A DNA stretch of 64,000 nucleotides, taken from positions 58,260 to 122,259 of IMG/VR virus record IMGVR_UViG_3300038828_000048. The stretch is one strand, 5' to 3'. Position 1 is the first letter of the stretch. Every line of letters starts with the position of its first letter. The translations under genes and the position numbers were made by a program. The notes under the pieces were generated by a model. It searched no databases. It saw only the letters and a list, made by a program, of their open reading frames with translations, and was not told the origin of the DNA. Below, piece after piece: positions 1 to 10,543 of the stretch. Source of the DNA: a virus. Its lineage: Duplodnaviria; Caudoviricetes.

Positions 1-1
1 T

Positions 2-253
2 GATGGGATATATCAATTTATTATAAAAACATGTAGTGATACACAAATATTATGTGTTAACTATTATATTCTTAAAAATATCGAGTGTGCTTATAGAACA
101 CTTGTTTTGAAAGAAGATTGGGATAATGCTAAAATCTTACAACAATATATAGAGCTTATAAAAGCTAATGCATATTTTAAAGATTTTGATAAAGCAAAGG
201 AGTTTTACTCAATAGCAGTAAAATTTATAAAAAAATTAAATTGTAATTGTTAA
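2..253 (+). CDS. Partial (5'-truncated) putative virion protein
   Basis: Open frame from window edge, DGIYQFIIKTC...KKLNCNC*, stop 251-253; DGxY...CxC-ending proteins are typical of crAss-like structural modules. Confidence 0.6.
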   Translation, partial: DGIYQFIIKTCSDTQILCVNYYILKNIECAYRTLVLKEDWDNAKILQQYIELIKANAYFKDFDKAKEFYSIAVKFIKKLNCNC

Positions 254-255
254 GT

Positions 256-762
256 ATGATTAGTAATCCAAATAGATGTGGGTGTATTAGTACTGAGGTA
301 ATATCTCCTTGTGATCATCCGAATGATGAATGTTGTTTAACAGTTTGTAATATATTAGCTGATAAAGAAACATATCCGTGTGGAGATAGTAGAGTATTGG
401 ATATAACTAAATTTATCAAAATACCATCATGTTGCGATAATTCTTCAGTACAAATAACCATAAAGGAATCATCTAATAACTTAAAAGATGTAGTTGCATC
501 TTATAATTATACGGCAAAATTATTTTCAGTATCATACACATCAAATTATGATGATGGTAAAGATTATAAATCTGCTAAAATTGTATATCAAGTTAAATGT
601 GGATTATTACGTTTAAATGCAACAATAATCATACCATTTAAACAACATAATGAGAATCCAGATTGTCCTAGCGAACATTATAACCCTTGTACTGGTGATT
701 GTATAGAAATACAAAACGAAGTATCCATTGGATCAAAAGGAAATGAAATAACCATATCATAA
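256..762 (+). CDS. Cys-rich hypothetical (structural) protein
   Basis: ORF track 247..762; ATG at 256 is the likelier start; many Cys. Confidence 0.65.
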   Translation: MISNPNRCGCISTEVISPCDHPNDECCLTVCNILADKETYPCGDSRVLDITKFIKIPSCCDNSSVQITIKESSNNLKDVVASYNYTAKLFSVSYTSNYDDGKDYKSAKIVYQVKCGLLRLNATIIIPFKQHNENPDCPSEHYNPCTGDCIEIQNEVSIGSKGNEITIS

Positions 763-776
763 AATAAAAATAGATA

Positions 777-2804
777 ATGATACAACCTAATAGTATAAGT
801 ATTATAAATTCAATAGTTGTTTGGTCTGGTAAAGTTACAAACGGTAATACTCAAAATAATGGAGTAAATATACATTTTGATATACCGAATGATTTTGAAT
901 TAGTTTATCAACCTACTTTAACAAAAGGAGTATATAATAATATAACATCTACTGTTATAGTAGATATGTCTCCTAATGAAGTTATTGATTTTAATTTTGT
1001 TTTAAAACTAGCCAATACAACCCAAGGGTTTAATTATAATTATCACTTTATCGCTAGTGTTACTGGTTTAGATACAATATCTACAAATAATATTTTAGAT
1101 GATATAGTTAATTATAATACAGCAGCTTGTGGTCCATTAGGAGGAGGAGTGGAAGATTTTTTTGGTTGTTTATGTATAGACGTATCACTTAACGATACTC
1201 CTTGCACAGAAGGTACATCTCAATGGGTATTAAATGCATTAAGTGTTGTAAATTCTAATTCATATAGATGGGATGCAAATACTGGTAAAGGTAGTTTTAC
1301 ACCAATTGATCCGTCAAAACCTGTAACTGGTACTTATAAACTTAATTGTATAAATGGATTATCTGTTGTAGAAGTAAGTTGTGGTGTTCCTTTTACAATT
1401 TATCCACAATTAGAAAGCAAAAAAATATTTGATCATAAAGTTGGTTATAAGTGTGGTGTTGATTTAACAGAAGCAGAAATTATCGTACTTCAATCACAAA
1501 CACAATATGCATTATTAGATAGTAATGAAATTAGATCTTATTGTTGGGATATAATATTAAACAATGACGGAGAAATTGTCGGTGGATTTGCATTAACTTG
1601 TAATGAAAAACAAAACACTAGAACTTTTTTTGAATGTAGTATAGAAGAATGTGTTGTTATAGATCCACCATGTCCAGATTGTAGTGGAAATCCACAAGGA
1701 GATTTACCATCTGATGTATATACAGTAATAAGTGCTTATGAAGATTATTCTCCAGAAATAGGAGATATAGTATATGTATCACATCCTTTACATAACGCTA
1801 TTTATAAATGGAATGGGAGTCAATGGAAAATATGGGATTGTGGATGCCAAGCTAAACCAATAAATGTAGTAGGTTTTGCAATTACAGGTACTACTACTAA
1901 AACAGCAACTATTACATTAAGTAATGGCACTACTTTAGAAGCTGTATTTGATGATATAGACACTGACACAGATACTGATACTAATACTACTTACACATTA
2001 GACGATACAACTACTCCAGGTACAATATACCTAAAAGATAACACAGGTGCTATTATAAGCACAGTAGTGTTACCTACAGCATCAGGTGATAACTGGGGAA
2101 CACAAGTAATACAACATGCAGTGGGTAGTGCATCAAGTGGTGGCGGTACAATATTAGATCCGTTATTAGTAGAAAAATGTTTACCTATAGACTTATTTAT
2201 ACCACCCTTTATAACTGATGTTGGAAATAGTGCCGTATTAAATGTTTCTGGTATAACTAATGTAGATACATTGTGGAATACATGGATATGGCAAGCAGCA
2301 ATAAATTATATACCAGCTATAACACCAAATCCTACGTGGACAGATGTACAAACAGGTGGGGTAACTTATACGGTTGGAACAGATGATACAATAGTAAGAG
2401 TAGTTCTTACAGATGGTAACTGTACATGGTGGTCGAATGAGAGTGGATATGAACATGCATTTGATGTTATAGAATGTCCTATTAGATTAGAGGCATTTCT
2501 GGGATCAAATGTGGATGTATTCCCTGTAATAACGGGACCAAATAATATAGAATATAAAACAAATAATTCTCCAATAAGGCCAGTACTCGCACCCCCGTAT
2601 TCTCCAAATTCTTTTATATTTCAAGAACTTGGGAATCTTGCAGGTGGACCCGCATTTACCTGGACAGATGTGCAAACTGGCGAAGATCCAGCATCAGATA
2701 TATTAAAATATGTTGGGGGAGATGGAAAATTTTACAGAATAAAATATACACATACTGATGGATGTGTATATTATTCAAATATAGTAGGAACGTATTTTGC
2801 ATAA
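777..2804 (+). CDS. Putative virion fibre/decoration protein (beta-rich, Ig-like modules)
   Basis: 675 aa, Thr/Gly/Cys-rich, DTDTDT linker, duplicated PxxTWTDVQTG module. Confidence 0.55.
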   Translation: MIQPNSISIINSIVVWSGKVTNGNTQNNGVNIHFDIPNDFELVYQPTLTKGVYNNITSTVIVDMSPNEVIDFNFVLKLANTTQGFNYNYHFIASVTGLDTISTNNILDDIVNYNTAACGPLGGGVEDFFGCLCIDVSLNDTPCTEGTSQWVLNALSVVNSNSYRWDANTGKGSFTPIDPSKPVTGTYKLNCINGLSVVEVSCGVPFTIYPQLESKKIFDHKVGYKCGVDLTEAEIIVLQSQTQYALLDSNEIRSYCWDIILNNDGEIVGGFALTCNEKQNTRTFFECSIEECVVIDPPCPDCSGNPQGDLPSDVYTVISAYEDYSPEIGDIVYVSHPLHNAIYKWNGSQWKIWDCGCQAKPINVVGFAITGTTTKTATITLSNGTTLEAVFDDIDTDTDTDTNTTYTLDDTTTPGTIYLKDNTGAIISTVVLPTASGDNWGTQVIQHAVGSASSGGGTILDPLLVEKCLPIDLFIPPFITDVGNSAVLNVSGITNVDTLWNTWIWQAAINYIPAITPNPTWTDVQTGGVTYTVGTDDTIVRVVLTDGNCTWWSNESGYEHAFDVIECPIRLEAFLGSNVDVFPVITGPNNIEYKTNNSPIRPVLAPPYSPNSFIFQELGNLAGGPAFTWTDVQTGEDPASDILKYVGGDGKFYRIKYTHTDGCVYYSNIVGTYFA

Positions 2805-2818
2805 AATAAAAAACCGCA

Positions 2819-3577
2819 ATGTCACAACTAACAGATAAGCATTTAACAGATATAAGCGATGGTGTAAGATCCATCAATAATAAATTGTGTGAAAATGGTT
2901 CTTCTGCATCACAAGTAGAAGTTATTAACGATTGTACAAAACCTATTCCTGTATTCTTTTGTAATACAGAAACAAAATTGGATCCTGAAGTAGTATGTTT
3001 ATCTAATGATGGTGGGGTTTCTATAATTAAAGGATGGGAAGTATTTGATGTAAGTACAAACCCACCAACAAGTAAGTTTTATATTGGTGGAGTAGAAGTT
3101 ACAGGATATAGTGTAATACCATGTTCTTCAAACATAAAAGATAGAGAAATTATTACTGTCTGTGTAGATGGTAAAGAATGGACTAAAGTAATTGTATTTG
3201 AAGCTGACTTGCCCGTAAGTTTTTTATGGTTAGATGAAACAGATGCTCCAGTAGCAACCCCAGATCCATTATTAATAAATAATATTAAATGTTTACCTTT
3301 ACAACAAATAGGAATAGAACAGTATTCTGGATTAAGTAACACAACACAAAATTCAACATTTAGTGCTAATGAAGTTACTATAACTTACGATACATCTACT
3401 TTTACTACATCCCCATTGACTATTACTTTAATATCTAGTAATGCATTGGGTAGTAAAGAATTTAAGGTTCAACCCAATACTCAAGAAACTCGAAAATTTA
3501 AGTATCCAGTTATAACAGGAGTTATTATATCAGGAGCAGTTGATAGTAATGTAACAGTAGAATTTCAATTGAATTAA
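2819..3577 (+). CDS. Putative structural protein
   Basis: 252 aa ORF within structural module. Confidence 0.55.
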   Translation: MSQLTDKHLTDISDGVRSINNKLCENGSSASQVEVINDCTKPIPVFFCNTETKLDPEVVCLSNDGGVSIIKGWEVFDVSTNPPTSKFYIGGVEVTGYSVIPCSSNIKDREIITVCVDGKEWTKVIVFEADLPVSFLWLDETDAPVATPDPLLINNIKCLPLQQIGIEQYSGLSNTTQNSTFSANEVTITYDTSTFTTSPLTITLISSNALGSKEFKVQPNTQETRKFKYPVITGVIISGAVDSNVTVEFQLN

Positions 3578-3597
3578 TTTTAAATATAATATATAAT

Positions 3598-3875
3598 ATG
3601 ACGACTCATAATTTAATAAAAGATACAGAAGTAGCTGTACGCCAATGTCTTCAAATCATTAATATTGCAACTAAAGCAGTTATATCATCTTGGGAAAAGG
3701 TGATTTTAGTACAGGAACAGTAACTATATTAGGTACTAGTAGTAATATTCAAGCACTTACTGGTACTGTTGGAGCAACTACATCTTTAGGGGCACACTCA
3801 GCAGCAGGGTTAGGATTACGACATTCATTTACAGCTGTTAGTATTGGGGGTGTTGGTGTTTGGATGAGAATTTGA
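3598..3875 (+). pseudogene. Frameshifted remnant of fibre-like gene
   Basis: ATG 3598 frame stops at 3723; overlapping frame 3690..3875 continues with Gly/Thr-rich sequence ending VWMRI. Confidence 0.35.
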
Positions 3876-3909
3876 TTTTCTTATTTAAAATAAAATAAAA
3901 TACAAAAAG

Positions 3910-4104
3910 ATGTATGAAATTAGAGATAATAAAATAGTAAAGATAGATTTAATAGAAGTTATTGATGATATAACATCATAATCTATAATAATTGAGATAC
4001 AATCTATAAATGATACTATCTCTAATTTAACAGATAAAGTAACTAAATTAAATGATGATTTAAAAATAGTCATTGATTTAGAGAATCAATTAAATAATAA
4101 ATAA
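3910..4104 (+). pseudogene. Small coiled-coil gene with in-frame TAA
   Basis: MYEIRDNKIVKIDLIEVIDDITS*SIIIEIQSIND...NNK*; internal TAA 3979-3981. Confidence 0.45.
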
Positions 4105-4114
4105 AGAAAAAGAA

Positions 4115-6454
4115 ATGAGAAGTTGTGGACGAGTAATTTTTGAGTATAATAATACACCTTGTAATTGTGTTACATCAGAAACAATTAGTGGATTATATAT
4201 AAACGGAGGTGCAAATTTTCCATCAAATGCAGCTAATAATTCGTTACATTTTGTAAAATATGACGATAATGTTGTTGTTTATAAAAAAACAAATACTGGT
4301 TGGATAGAAGTGCAAAATTATTCAATAGGTGGTAGTGATACCGATACTATTATAAGATTTGTTGAAATATTACCTAGTGGAGAATGGAAGTGGGAAGTAT
4401 TTGATGTGGTGAATAATGTTGTTATATCGAATTTTAATACACCACCTGTAATTGCACAAATACAATCGTTTGAAGAACAAAATGTAAATTATACTGGAAC
4501 ACAATTGCCGATTTCTCCAGGAATAAATATAGGAGATACAAAAAGAGTAAAGTTCTCTAATTTTGTATATGTAAATTATACATGGGATGGTACAATTTGG
4601 GTTAAAAAATATCACGAATGGAATCCTTATACTGAATCATATTGGGATGATACTATGCTTTGTGAACCCATTGGTGCGATAAATAGTGGTGATGTATATG
4701 TAGCACAATATGGAGTAGGTTTTATAGGTATAGATCCACAATATATACCAGAAAACGGTGTTATAATAGTAACTAATTCATGTGGTAAACTACACCTACA
4801 CTGGGATGGTACTAATTTAATTTTTGATGGTTTTCAAAAAATAGAAGAATGGTATGAAAAGAGAATATGTCTAAACACAGCAACACCACCATTTACACCA
4901 GTAGATCCTAATAACCCTACTATTACAGAAGTAGAAGCGTGGAAAAATACTAACTTATCTCTACTAGACCAACAGAATGGTACAATATTAACATATTATG
5001 ATCCTACTCCTATATATACTATACAACCAACGTTAACTATTAATAACCCTAATTCAGGATTTTCAGTATATTCATATAGAATTACATCATGTATAATAAA
5101 TAGTACAGAGTTGTTAACAGCTCCTATTGATGTGTGGATAGCAAATTCTTATGTATATATAGGTCAAATAGGTACTCTTATTAGAAATTATTTTACTAGC
5201 AATAATATAATAGGACAAGTAGATGATGGTGCATTTGGTGAAACAAATGATGTTTTTATATATGGAGTTCAAGGAAGTACGTTAAGTTTTTCAATGACTA
5301 CCGAATATAGCTTAGATGTAACTCCTACTACATTCGTAACAACAACTGTTTCGGGTACTACTACAGCAACATTAGCTCCACAAGTATATGATTGTAATAC
5401 CCCTTTATACACATTTATTTTAAATAAAAATAATACTATATCTAAAATATCACAACCAGAATCTTTGTTTTTTAAAGAACAAACTATTATTGATGCTGGT
5501 GTAGATAAATATGGAAGAATATATCGATATGGTTATATAGGTATAGGTATGAATAGACCTAAAGCACCTTTGCATATATTGGGTTTAGGTGATTCATCAG
5601 AACCTTATTTATCAGATGCAGCAATATATATAGGCGGAAATGGGAAAAAAATTTATTGGGGGGATAACTTTAAAACTCCTGAAAGTGGAATTAATGTACA
5701 TAATTTGTCTTTAGGAGAATGGAACGGAGATAGTGACGCTTTTGCTTTCCACGCTAAAACTGGGCATAGATTTTATCTAAAAGCTTCAGCGTGGGATGAT
5801 AATAATTCAACTCAATATCCTGCTTTCTTTATTAGGAATGCTGTGTCAGGTGCAAGTAATGTGGGTAAAATTGGTCTTAATACTAACAATCCTAGAGTTT
5901 CAGTAGATTTTGGGAAGCTTACCAACCCTGATGGAGTAATTGCTAACAAGGATGGTATGATAATTCCAGGAGGTACTATTGCAGAAAGACCATCAACTCC
6001 TGTAGAATCTACGATTAGATATAATTCAGATTCCAAATGTATAGAATATTATGATGGAGTTAGTTGGAAATCAGATTGTAAACCATACAAGATATATACC
6101 GCATTATTATCTCAAACTGGAACTAATGCCCCTGTTGCAACAGTTCTGGAGAATGATTTATATAATCCTGTTACAATTACAAGATTATTCGCAGGTTCAT
6201 ATACCATAGACTGTATAGATTTTATAGTAGGCAAAGTTCATATATCTGGGGCAACAGATTGGAATGGCTCTGGAAGTACAGTAATCCCATTGTGGGATGA
6301 ATCTCAAATAATAGGTTATTTAGAAATATATTGTAATCAGAGTTCTGGTAAAATTGGATTTGAAGTATTTAATGCGGCATTCACAAGAATTGATTGGAGT
6401 GTGTTAATGGGGGCATCTAATTTAAACTTCCCTGAAATTAAAGTATATCCGTAA
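4115..6454 (+). CDS. Tail fibre / receptor-binding protein
   Basis: 779 aa; IGIGxxxPxAPLHI and KIGLNTNNP repeats, GTIAERP..IRYNSD..EYYDG.W and YTALLSQTGTNAP motifs typical of Bacteroidetes phage fibres. Confidence 0.7.
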   Translation: MRSCGRVIFEYNNTPCNCVTSETISGLYINGGANFPSNAANNSLHFVKYDDNVVVYKKTNTGWIEVQNYSIGGSDTDTIIRFVEILPSGEWKWEVFDVVNNVVISNFNTPPVIAQIQSFEEQNVNYTGTQLPISPGINIGDTKRVKFSNFVYVNYTWDGTIWVKKYHEWNPYTESYWDDTMLCEPIGAINSGDVYVAQYGVGFIGIDPQYIPENGVIIVTNSCGKLHLHWDGTNLIFDGFQKIEEWYEKRICLNTATPPFTPVDPNNPTITEVEAWKNTNLSLLDQQNGTILTYYDPTPIYTIQPTLTINNPNSGFSVYSYRITSCIINSTELLTAPIDVWIANSYVYIGQIGTLIRNYFTSNNIIGQVDDGAFGETNDVFIYGVQGSTLSFSMTTEYSLDVTPTTFVTTTVSGTTTATLAPQVYDCNTPLYTFILNKNNTISKISQPESLFFKEQTIIDAGVDKYGRIYRYGYIGIGMNRPKAPLHILGLGDSSEPYLSDAAIYIGGNGKKIYWGDNFKTPESGINVHNLSLGEWNGDSDAFAFHAKTGHRFYLKASAWDDNNSTQYPAFFIRNAVSGASNVGKIGLNTNNPRVSVDFGKLTNPDGVIANKDGMIIPGGTIAERPSTPVESTIRYNSDSKCIEYYDGVSWKSDCKPYKIYTALLSQTGTNAPVATVLENDLYNPVTITRLFAGSYTIDCIDFIVGKVHISGATDWNGSGSTVIPLWDESQIIGYLEIYCNQSSGKIGFEVFNAAFTRIDWSVLMGASNLNFPEIKVYP

Positions 6455-6802
6455 ATGTTAATATTAGTCTTCACATTATTATCTGCCATCTACGACAAAG
6501 GCAAACGTTTTGAAGATCACAAACTAAGATTTATATTCAGGGCGGTTATAGTGGCTTTAATTAGCTTAATAGGTGCAGATAGTATGTATGAGTATATAGT
6601 AAATTTTGCTTTCAACACAGCTATCTTTTATGCTTTATTTGATTATATATTAAATATTTTAGAGTGTAGAGATTGGAATTATATAGGAAGTACAGCAACT
6701 ATAGATAAAATAACAAATAAATACGGGGATTGGAAAATACAACTATTATTTAAAATATTGTTAATAACAGTTACATTTATATTAAAATTTAAAACAATTT
6801 AA
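6455..6802 (+). CDS. Membrane protein
   Basis: 115 aa, several hydrophobic helices. Confidence 0.6.
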   Translation: MLILVFTLLSAIYDKGKRFEDHKLRFIFRAVIVALISLIGADSMYEYIVNFAFNTAIFYALFDYILNILECRDWNYIGSTATIDKITNKYGDWKIQLLFKILLITVTFILKFKTI

Positions 6803-6803
6803 A

Positions 6804-6995
6804 ATGAATACATTTAGTAAAATTTTAGGATCTTGGGAATTTTGGGTAATGGTTGGTTTGTTTGCTCTAGGTTATGGATTAATGTCAAAAATCGAAAGTT
6901 TAGCAACTCATAAAGATACGCTATTACCAATATTAGGATTTCTTCCTATAGTAGCAATATGGTATATAGTTTTTGTTAAACCAACTAAAGAATAA
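6804..6995 (+). CDS. Small 2-TM membrane protein
   Basis: 63 aa, two hydrophobic segments. Confidence 0.55.
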   Translation: MNTFSKILGSWEFWVMVGLFALGYGLMSKIESLATHKDTLLPILGFLPIVAIWYIVFVKPTKE

Positions 6996-7001
6996 TAAAT
7001 C

Positions 7002-7652
7002 ATGGAAAAATATTCAGTTATATTATTTATAGTAATCGTAGTCGGTTCTATCTTTTTTAAATCATGCACTAAAGATGATAGTGATATACAATATGTATCA
7101 GCTAATACAACGAGTGTTAATGATACATTTGTAAATTTAGAAGTTAGTACTAGGTATGGTATTACATCGAAAGCAGAAGTATTATTTTTACAATCGGCTA
7201 CGACAAGTAATTATAGATTTGATAGTTTATTGCATGTATATGTAGCTTATAATGCAGAAAAAATAGACAGTTTCGTGCTAGATCAAGTTAGTCCATCTCA
7301 TGCGTTTATTTATTATACAAACATCGATAAATTCGATGCTGCAAATTATAATATTCAAATTATATTTAAAGATGGCACTGTTGAGTTTTTACGAGGATTT
7401 CTTGCACCATATAAGGGTAGTCACTATGTTTATAAACCAGATCCAGACAAAGATCTTTTTTATAAAAGTAAAGCAACAAAACTCATATATAAACAAAAAA
7501 AAGCATATAGTCCACAAGAACTTCATCATATAGATTATACAACTAAAATTCATGTATGGGAAACATATAAGGATAATATAATGATATCTAAAAAAGAACT
7601 ACAACCAACTAGAATAACGGATTATGAATTTACATTAGATAATAGACCTTAA
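7002..7652 (+). CDS. Putative lipoprotein
   Basis: Hydrophobic signal followed by FKS-C lipobox-like Cys. Confidence 0.5.
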   Translation: MEKYSVILFIVIVVGSIFFKSCTKDDSDIQYVSANTTSVNDTFVNLEVSTRYGITSKAEVLFLQSATTSNYRFDSLLHVYVAYNAEKIDSFVLDQVSPSHAFIYYTNIDKFDAANYNIQIIFKDGTVEFLRGFLAPYKGSHYVYKPDPDKDLFYKSKATKLIYKQKKAYSPQELHHIDYTTKIHVWETYKDNIMISKKELQPTRITDYEFTLDNRP

Positions 7653-7664
7653 ATTTAATCATTA

Positions 7665-8150
7665 ATGAGACCTCTTTTGATAGATATATTTCATCTAAAA
7701 AATTCCGATTCTGTGTTTATAAGATTGATATTAAGTATTATTGGCGCTATAATAGGATATTTTACAAATATGATAAATGAAAATAGTAATGCTTTTGTAG
7801 CAATCGGATTGGTAGTATTTGCGGATTTTGGTGCAGGGATTTTCAAAGCTATTTACACAAATACGTTTGAAATAAAAAAAGCATTAAAAGTGGTTTGGTA
7901 TTTTGGAGCATATAGTGTACTTTTAGCAATTATGTTGAGTATTGAAAAAGGCTTTCAATATGCTTCGTGGATATCAGAAGCAGTAATGTTACCGATTATT
8001 ATATTTCAAATAATATCGATGTTAAAAAACCTTTCTATTATTGGTATAATACCTAAAGGTGTTTTATTAAAAATTTTAGAAAACATCGATAATTATAAAG
8101 ATAATGTAACCAATATTAATAGTGATATTAATACCGATACATTACAATAA
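7665..8150 (+). CDS. Holin
   Basis: 161 aa, 3-4 TM helices, D-F-x-x-G and SxLxNL motifs, directly upstream of endolysin. Confidence 0.75.
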   Translation: MRPLLIDIFHLKNSDSVFIRLILSIIGAIIGYFTNMINENSNAFVAIGLVVFADFGAGIFKAIYTNTFEIKKALKVVWYFGAYSVLLAIMLSIEKGFQYASWISEAVMLPIIIFQIISMLKNLSIIGIIPKGVLLKILENIDNYKDNVTNINSDINTDTLQ

Positions 8151-8157
8151 AGATGTT

Positions 8158-8727
8158 ATGGATAATATATCATTAGAACGAATAAATACTTTACATCCTA
8201 AATTAAGAGATAAAGCAAAAAAGGATTATCTTGATGCAAACAATCTTCTTGGTAAGAATGTAAGATTAAGAATATCTTATGCTAAGAGAAGTTTTGCTGA
8301 ACAAGCAGCATTATATGCACAAGGTAGAGAAACTCTAGGAGAGATCAATAGATTACGTCATATAGCAAAGATGCAACCTATTGGTTTCTCTGAATCTCGG
8401 AATAAAGTAACAAATGCTAAAGCAGGAGAAAGTTATCATAACTATGCGCTTGCTTTTGATATTGTTCTATTGTATGATAAAAACAGTGATGGAATATTTG
8501 AAGAAGCATCTTGGGATTTAAAAAGAGATGGTGATAGAGATGGTATAGCAGATTGGATCGAAGTTACTAAACTTTTTACAGAAAGAGGTTGGGTTAATGG
8601 ATTTTGGACCAATGGTAAACATTGGGATAAACCACATTTTCAATATACATTTGGATTAACTATAAAACAACTACAAGCAAAATATAATCATGCTGATTTT
8701 ATAAGCAATGATTATGTAAAAATATAA
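8158..8727 (+). CDS. Endolysin, M15 family (L-Ala-D-Glu peptidase-like)
   Basis: RSFAEQAALYAQGR, VTNAKAGESYHNYALAFD (SxHxxxxAxD), DKPHFQ; ATG 8158 preferred over 8122. Confidence 0.9.
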   Translation: MDNISLERINTLHPKLRDKAKKDYLDANNLLGKNVRLRISYAKRSFAEQAALYAQGRETLGEINRLRHIAKMQPIGFSESRNKVTNAKAGESYHNYALAFDIVLLYDKNSDGIFEEASWDLKRDGDRDGIADWIEVTKLFTERGWVNGFWTNGKHWDKPHFQYTFGLTIKQLQAKYNHADFISNDYVKI

Positions 8728-8747
8728 ACTTTAATAAAATATCTGAG

Positions 8748-9119
8748 ATGATTAATAAAAAAAAGTGGTATAGTGAGTGGTGGGTTAAATTACTCATTGG
8801 TATAATTATTATCTTTATTATATATAAGTTAATATCTCCTATAATATCTGAATTTAATGTAAATAAAGAATTACAAGATATTATTATCGAAAAGGATAAA
8901 CAAATAAGAACTAAAGATAGTATTATTCAAAATTCAAAAGATAAAATTGTAGAAATTAGACGAATAAGAGAGAAAATTAATGTTAATCTTACCGAAGATG
9001 AATTAGAAAAACTCTTTATTCAATTTAATTCTTATAAAAAAAATAATAATCCGATAATCGACACAACAATTTCTATTGATAAATTATTTTATTATATTGA
9101 TGAGAATTTAAAAAAATAA
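8748..9119 (+). CDS. Putative i-spanin-like protein
   Basis: N-terminal TM plus coiled coil, after endolysin. Confidence 0.5.
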   Translation: MINKKKWYSEWWVKLLIGIIIIFIIYKLISPIISEFNVNKELQDIIIEKDKQIRTKDSIIQNSKDKIVEIRRIREKINVNLTEDELEKLFIQFNSYKKNNNPIIDTTISIDKLFYYIDENLKK

Positions 9120-9126
9120 ACAAAAC

Positions 9127-9591
9127 ATGAAATATTTGTTAATCATTCTTCTTTTTCTAATATCTACTACTTCTATATATTCTCAAGGGAATTATAGTGA
9201 TTCTACTTATATATTAAATTATCAGCAATCAATAAACTATTATAAAAACAATGAATTGTTTAAATACAAGGTTGGTAATCTAGAACATCAATTGGAACTA
9301 TTACATAAAATTATTGATAAACAGAACGCTATAAATGAAGAATTAACTAAACGAGATTCTCTTTATAAAATTGAAATTGATAATTATAAAATTATGGAAG
9401 AATCTTTTTATGAAAGAAATAATCATACCACTGATATAATAAATACCTATAAATTAGGTAATACAATAAGCGAAAATAATATTAAAAGTTTGCAACAACA
9501 GTTAAAAAAGCAAAAATTTGTTACTGGGGTTTATAAAGTAGGAACTATCTCGTTAGCAGCATTACTAGTTTATGTAATAATTAAACCATAG
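9127..9591 (+). CDS. Putative spanin-like envelope protein
   Basis: Signal peptide, coiled coil, C-terminal hydrophobic segment. Confidence 0.45.
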   Translation: MKYLLIILLFLISTTSIYSQGNYSDSTYILNYQQSINYYKNNELFKYKVGNLEHQLELLHKIIDKQNAINEELTKRDSLYKIEIDNYKIMEESFYERNNHTTDIINTYKLGNTISENNIKSLQQQLKKQKFVTGVYKVGTISLAALLVYVIIKP

Positions 9592-9594
9592 GTT

Positions 9595-9918
9595 ATGAAA
9601 TATAGTAAAAAGATTGATTTATTAAAAAATAGATTCAAAACATCTTTCAAGTTTGTTGGTTTTTTTATGAACGATATATTATTAATAATAATATCAACAA
9701 TTATTTTATTAATTTTTTTGTTTACTATAAGACAATCAGATTTATTATATAATATTATTAAATCTATATTATTGTTAAGCTTTGTTGTCAACATTTGGTG
9801 TTATATCGATAATAAATTTATTTATAAATCTTTAAATAAAGAACCCAAAGGATTTGTTTTATTAATTCTATTGGGTTTATGTTTTTGTTTTAAAGCATAT
9901 GTTAATAGTATTATATAA
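9595..9918 (+). CDS. Membrane protein
   Basis: 107 aa, 3 TM segments. Confidence 0.5.
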   Translation: MKYSKKIDLLKNRFKTSFKFVGFFMNDILLIIISTIILLIFLFTIRQSDLLYNIIKSILLLSFVVNIWCYIDNKFIYKSLNKEPKGFVLLILLGLCFCFKAYVNSII

Positions 9919-9940
9919 TAAAGGGAGAATAAATTAAGTA

Positions 9941-10543
9941 ATGAATCAGTTAACAAATCAATTATATCAAAATATATATTCACTATCAAATAATATACTT
10001 AATAGTTTATATTACGATATGTGTTTTGATGATACTGATTTAAATAAATATATATTAATTTCCAAAGTAACATGTAATAAAAATACAACTCCGTGTGAAA
10101 AAACTTTAGATTCTTTAGTAGAGAAGATAGGAATGTTTTGTAAAAAATCATATGTTCCTAATATGGTTGATGTGATAAAAGATGCATCTATCGAATTTTA
10201 TATGAAAAATCCAGAATGTACACCTTTACCTTTATGGCAAATAATTAGAGATAGGTTATCTTTCCAATATAAACTAAAGATCGAGATTAAGAATATAAAT
10301 GTTCAAAAACATATACTAACATCGTATATTAATAATAATATCAAAGATGCTCCTCCAAATCTTTTAGTTAAGATAAAACCTTCTAAAAATAATAACAAGA
10401 TTTCTATAACTCAGAAATCAATAAAAAGAGATAACTTTGATCCCATATTATCAATTAAATCTTTTTCAAAAGATCTAAAAGATAGCGATTTAAAAATAAA
10501 AGTTAAAGAAAATATTATTCATATTTCAGATTGTAACATATGA
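9941..10543 (+). CDS. Hypothetical protein
   Basis: 200 aa ORF. Confidence 0.55.
   Translation: MNQLTNQLYQNIYSLSNNILNSLYYDMCFDDTDLNKYILISKVTCNKNTTPCEKTLDSLVEKIGMFCKKSYVPNMVDVIKDASIEFYMKNPECTPLPLWQIIRDRLSFQYKLKIEIKNINVQKHILTSYINNNIKDAPPNLLVKIKPSKNNNKISITQKSIKRDNFDPILSIKSFSKDLKDSDLKIKVKENIIHISDCNI

Noticed and set aside
1950-1990. GAYACW-type short tandem repeat
   Set aside because: Simply encodes a DTDTDT linker.
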